64,000 nucleotides of DNA from Macrostomum lignano (Eukaryota): assembly GCA_002269645.1 (NCBI GenBank), contig NIVC01001408.1:62001-126000 (forward strand), written 5' to 3'. The notes under the pieces were generated by a model. It searched no databases. It had not been told where the DNA came from and saw only the letters and a program-made list of their open reading frames with translations. The position numbers and the translations under genes were made by a program. Shown one piece after another: positions 58,974 to 64,000 of the stretch (its first letter is position 1; each line of letters opens with the position of its first letter).

Positions 58974-59054
58974 TACAACGGCTCCCTTGAGCAGGGCTGC
59001 GAAGTGAAAGTCGATGAGTTCGGATTTTTTATCTATTGGAAAAGCGAAAATGGG
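58974..59054 (+). CDS. PLCB4: PLC-beta exon 2 (PH domain)
   Basis: TTTCCCGCAG| acceptor. Encodes YNGSLEQGCEVKVDEFGFFIYWKSENG (compare KVDEFGFFLTW). Donor |GTAAGC. Confidence 0.88.
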
Positions 59055-59157
59055 GTAAGCCCGATGCTTGCTGGAACTTCAAGTTTTCTAATTAGTTTTT
59101 TGCATAATAAATCATAAATTCTAACGCGTAATTAATCACGATTTTTCCCCTTTGCAG

Positions 59158-59217
59158 GAGGGTCAAGTGCTGGAGCTTTCGCAAGTTAGCGATGTTAGAA
59201 CTGGTTCAAAACCGAAG
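59158..59217 (+). CDS. PLCB4: PLC-beta exon 3 (PH domain); later exons not found in the window
   Basis: TTTGCAG| acceptor. Encodes EGQVLELSQVSDVRTGSKPK (compare [20 protein letters not shown]). Donor |GTAAGC. Confidence 0.88.
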
Positions 59218-59389
59218 GTAAGCTGTGCTGTTAGTTGTTCAAGTTTATTTTTGGTTGGATTTGCTTCTGTCGTTGTGGACTGCCGGTTATTTGCTTTGAT
59301 TGTTGTGCTGTGTTTTAAAATTGCCTTCTATTCAAGCTATTGTAAAGGCTCTAACGTATTGTCAGCGACTCTACGATATCTTCATTTGC

Positions 59390-59800
59390 TAGGCCAGCCT
59401 CCCAGATCCTCAGTTGCTGGGCCAGCCTCCCAGATCCTCAGTTGCTGGGCCAGCCTCCCAGATCCTCAGTTGCTGGGCCAGCCTCCCAGTTCCTCAGGTT
59501 GCTGGGCCAGCCTCCCCAGATCCTCAGGTTGCTGGGCCAGCCTCCCAGATCCTCAGGTTGCTGGGCCAGCCTCCCAGAGTGTAAGTTGCTGGGCCAGCCT
59601 CCCAGATCCTCAGGTTGCTGGGCCAGCCTCCCAGATCCTCAGTTGCTGGGCCAGCCTCCCAGATCCTCAGTTGCTGGGCCAGCCTCCCAGATCCTCAGTT
59701 GCTGGGCCAGCCTCCCAGAAGTTGCACTCCCTGATCAGCCTGAGCAGCTGCGCTCCCAGATCCTCAGCCTGAGCAGCTGCACTCCCAGATCCTCAGCCTG
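59390..59800. repeat. 28/29-bp minisatellite (GCTGGGCCAGCCTCCCAGATCCTCAG[G]TT), PLC intron 3
   Basis: Visible directly as a tandem array. Confidence 0.92.
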
Positions 59801-60499
59801 AGCACTCTCTGATATTTCCTAAATTCAGCAGTTCAGCTTTTTACATAGAAAATGTATTGCACCTCGCTCCTCTCTTACTTACTGTATTCAATTTCCCTAT
59901 CCATCCTCTATCAGTTCTGTCTGTCTCCAACATCATTTCCGCTTACACGCAGCTTCCCTATTAAATTGTAAGTCTGTGTGACTTGCCCCTAATGAGGCCT
60001 GGTGGAACTATAAGAATTTCACCTGTCTTTTTTGCACTGCACACAGATTAGTACAGCAGTCTTGCGTTTTAATTCTGAACTGCCTGAGAACCCGACTTCT
60101 TGCATGCTCACGTGTCCTCTATGTATCCCGTTCCCGATTCCGTCTGCAGCTGCTAGCGGTGTTGTTGAATAATTAAATGGCAGAATATTTTAGCGTCTCC
60201 TCTGTCTCTATCTATTTCTGTGTCAGTTTTTTCTTCAGCTGTCTGCTTTTCCATATTTTTATCCAAGATTTTATAAAATAATGTATGCTCGATAAATTAT
60301 GTTTGCTGGTTCTTTTAAAGATTTTTCATTCATCTATGGAATTTAAGTCACGCCTTTTGTCCGCATTTAAACTGTGCGTGCGGTTGAGTTCGATTGTTGT
60401 TACATTCAACATGTTATATGGTAATGTGTTGTGTGATGTATATCGTAAGAACTTTTAGACCCCATCAGAAATTTCACATCTAAAAACCGTCTTATTCAG

Positions 60500-61105
60500 A
60501 TACGAATCCCAGATACCCCATCCTAAATTCCCCATCCCAGACACCCATCTTAAATTCCCCATCTCAGATACCCCACCCTAAATTCCCCATCCCAGATACC
60601 TCATCCTAAATTCCCAATCCCAGATACCCCATCCCAGCTACCCCATTTCAGCTACCTCATCCCAGCTACCCCATTTCAGCTACCTCATCCAGCTACCCCA
60701 TGCCAACTACCCCGTACCAGCTACCCCACACCAGCTAACCCACACCAGCTACCCCACACCAGCTACCCCACACCAGCTACCCCATACCAGCTACCCCACA
60801 CCAGCTACCCCACACCAGCTACCCCACACCAGCTACCCCATACCAGCTACCCCACACCAGCTACCCCATACCAGCTACCCCACACCAGCTACCCCACACC
60901 AGCTACCCCACACCAGCTACCCCACACCAGCTACCCCATACCAGCTACCCCATACCAGCTACCCCACACCAGCTACCCCACACCAGCTACCCCACACCAG
61001 CTACCCCACACCAGCTACCCCACACCAGCTACCCCATACCAGCTACCCCATACCAGCTACCCCATGCCAGCTACCCCATACCAGCTGCCCCATACCAGCC
61101 GGCCA
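60500..61105. repeat. 14-bp minisatellite (CCAGCTACCCCACA) with degenerate 5' part, PLC intron 3
   Basis: Visible directly as a tandem array. Confidence 0.92.
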
Positions 61106-62849
61106 CACCAGCAGCCGCATGCAGTAAAAAGCGCATTAAACAATCGCCACTCGAAGCGCAGGCAAGGCCGACCTCTGTGACACGTAAAATTTCATCGACA
61201 TTTTTACCAAACACTGTGCCAGCAGTTGGCAGCGGTGTGGTTAGCCTGACTAGCCTGAGTGTAAGTGTACAGCCAACTTAGCTTAAGACTGGCAATAACT
61301 TAAATTTTAAAGAAACCAGTATCTATTTTGTTAATATAAATTAAGATTTTATTGATTCGATCAACAATTTTTGTTAAAAAAACTCGCGATTTTGTTTCAA
61401 TGGATTACATCCTATTGATTTGAAAATTTCAAACTGATTGTCAATAATTAGCTTTAGTATATATGCGTATAGATCTTAACGCCACTTGAAGGTAATTTGA
61501 TCGCTAAATGAAACAGACGTCAACTAAAAGCAGTTTCAATTAAGCAAGGAATTCGCACGCTGTCTCCGTCGGGGCTTTTATGGATTCAATTTCAAGAAGT
61601 TTAGGATGCTTTAGATTTCAAATCTAAAAATAAAGGAAGGCAGCATACAAGCTACTGCACTAACTTGTAGCTGGGTACGCCAAATAAGACTCAGCTTGTG
61701 TTTGATTGTCATCGGTTCTATGCAAAACAACCGAGGTCGAATCCCCCAAGGCACAGTGAAGTGTACATGCCAAACGATAAATAAAGTTAGGGCCGCTGTA
61801 CACTCCTGTGTGAGTGTGTGCCTGTACGTATGACTGCGTACGTATCCGCGCGCTTGTGTGCCTGCTTAGGGGAGCCGGCGGAATGGATGGGCAGTAATGC
61901 CTCTCACCAGTACTTAAAGTAACTAAAACTTCAAGTACGGCAGAATAATACACAAATTTAGTTAATTGTACAGCATTTTTCCCGTGGCGTGATAGCTTGC
62001 CTTTTGGAGTTAAAATCGTGTCAAATCTGCTTTTAAAGTTGAATAAAATTGTTTGAAGAAAAGCACACAGCTGAGTGATTTAAAAAATTCGAATGGTAAA
62101 CATTTGAAGGTTTCTCTAGAATTTAAAGCTTCATATAAGGCTATTAAGGAAGCTCTTTAAGGATCTAACGAAAGAAGGATTATTACATTACATGCTAGTA
62201 TATAGAGATTAGCTGAGCTAGTGTGCTAAGAGGCAGGAAGGGGTATTAGTCAGCAGGAGGAAAAAGCTAGTGTAGGAAAGCAATTCTTGAGAACTTATTT
62301 GACTAATCCTATTAGCTAGCGGTCTTTTGATTACCCACCCACTCCTTTAGTCTGCTCACGGTGCTCAACTGGTGTCCTTGATGATATATTTTTCTCTATG
62401 CTAACTCTATAATAAGAGAGTACTATATAGTGTAACGCATACTGAGTGTATATCTTTCTAATGTATATAAGTTATTTCTCCGTTTTCTCTTTCTTCTTTG
62501 TGAAACATAGGCATCAATCAAGTTCATTTGGTTTGCTTTGCTGAGGAGGGCGAGGGGATGAAGTAGAAGGGAAATCGGGGTTGGATTTCTCCGCTTCTAG
62601 TTTTACTTCTAGCTGAGTTAAGGTCGCGCTAGCCCTACTGGGCGCTGCCGCAAATCACAAGGCGACAGTTGATCTGCAACGGCGGGCAGCAACCCTGAGC
62701 AAGCACTGACACACGCTCACACAGGGTACACCGGCCCTGACTATCTCATTGTCAGCCAGTGACGAAACACACTGCGACTTGTAGATTGGGCTCTCAAGTA
62801 AGATAATGATACGACACCGAGGAGTTAATTGTCAGCCCTAATTTTCTGA

Positions 62850-64000
62850 TTTGGCGCCACCTCCGACTGTATAATTTGGCGCCATCTCCGATAATCTAAT
62901 TTGGCGCCACCTCCGATAATCTAATTTGGCGCCACCCCCGACTGTATAATTTGGCGCCATCTCCGATAATCTAATTTGGCGCCACCTATAATCTAACTTG
63001 GCGCCACCTCCGATAATCTAATTTGGCGCCACCTCCGATAATCTAATTTTGCGCCACCTCCACTTGTCTAATTTGCACCACCTCTAATAATATAATTTGG
63101 CGCCACCTCCGATAATCTAACTAACCTCGACAATACGATAATCTAACCTCCGATAATCTAATTTTGCGCCATCTCCACTTGTCTAATTTGCGCCACCTCT
63201 AATAATATAATTTGGCGCCACCTCCGATGATCTAATTTGGCGCCACCTCCGATTGTCTAATGTGGCGCCACCTCCGATTGTCTAATGTGGCGCCACCTCC
63301 GATTTTCTAATGTGGCGCCACCTCCGATAATCTAATTTGGCGCTACCTCCGATTGTATAATTTAGCACAACCTCCGACTGTATAATTTGGCGCCACCTCC
63401 AACTGTATAACTTGGCGCCACCTCCGATAATCTAATTTGGCGCCACCTCCGATAATCTAACTTGGCGCCCCCTCCGATAATCTAACTTGGCGCCACCTCC
63501 GACTGTATAATTTGGCACCACCTCCGACTGTATAATTTGGCACCACCTCCGACTGTATAATTTGGCGCCACCTCCGACTGTATAATTTGGCGCCACCTCC
63601 GACTGTATAATTTGGCGCCACCTCCGACTGTATAATTTGGCGCCATCTCCGATAATCTAATTTGGCGCCACCTCCGATAATCTAATTTGGCGCCACCTCC
63701 GATAATATAATTTGGCGCCACCTTTGATAATCTAATTTTGCGCCACCTCCACTTGTCTAATTTGCGCCACCTCTGATAATCTAATTTGGCGCCACCTCCG
63801 ACTGTATAATTTGGAGCCACCTCCACTTGACTTGTCTAATTTGCGCCACCTCCAATAATCTAATTTAGCGCCATCTATGATAGTCTAACTATCTACTATC
63901 TTCAGAGCTACCTTCCATTGTCTAATGTGGTGCCACCTCCGATGATCTAATTTTGTCGCCACCTCTGATAATCTAATTTGGCGCCACCTCCAATAATCTA
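62850..64000. repeat. 25-bp minisatellite (TTTGGCGCCACCTCCGATAATCTAA), runs off the window end
   Basis: Visible directly as a tandem array. Confidence 0.93.

Noticed and set aside
62150-62215. Candidate PLC-beta exon 4 (AG|GATCTAACG...)
   Set aside because: The translation does not resemble the expected DPK... PH-domain continuation and soon hits a stop.

Overview
This is animal (invertebrate) nuclear DNA with spliceosomal introns, GC-rich exons and AT-rich spacers. The Gly/Ala-rich exons and minisatellite-filled introns resemble Macrostomum-type flatworms, but that is inference only. From left to right the window contains: (1) an intronless single-CRD TNF-receptor-like membrane protein (117-776); (2) a short LINE relic; (3) a 1765-aa membrane-anchored Glu/Lys-repeat protein (1948-7245); (4) a complete 5-exon kinesin-13/KIF2 gene (9347-14958) with a different tandem repeat in every intron; (5) a ~30-kb head-to-tail array of non-autonomous Helitron-like elements on the minus strand (19121-49172; 11 hairpin+CTCG 3' ends, flanked by A|T), each unit carrying a short (TTAGGG)n tract; (6) nested in that array, a full-length Ty3/Gypsy LTR retrotransposon (21926-30220; apparently identical 388-bp LTRs, AGAA TSD, tRNA-Gln PBS) whose Gag-Pol carries a CSDE1/Unr-like cold-shock domain next to the zinc knuckle, a frameshift at a T8 run and a YLYD (dead) RT motif; (7) a foldback MITE and a ~60-bp 28S rDNA relic at the R2/I-PpoI site; (8) the first three exons of a PLC-beta4/NorpA-like gene (55804 onward), again with minisatellite-filled introns. 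Most ORFs in the supplied track are artefacts of repeats. All family assignments come from motifs read by eye; no database searches were run.
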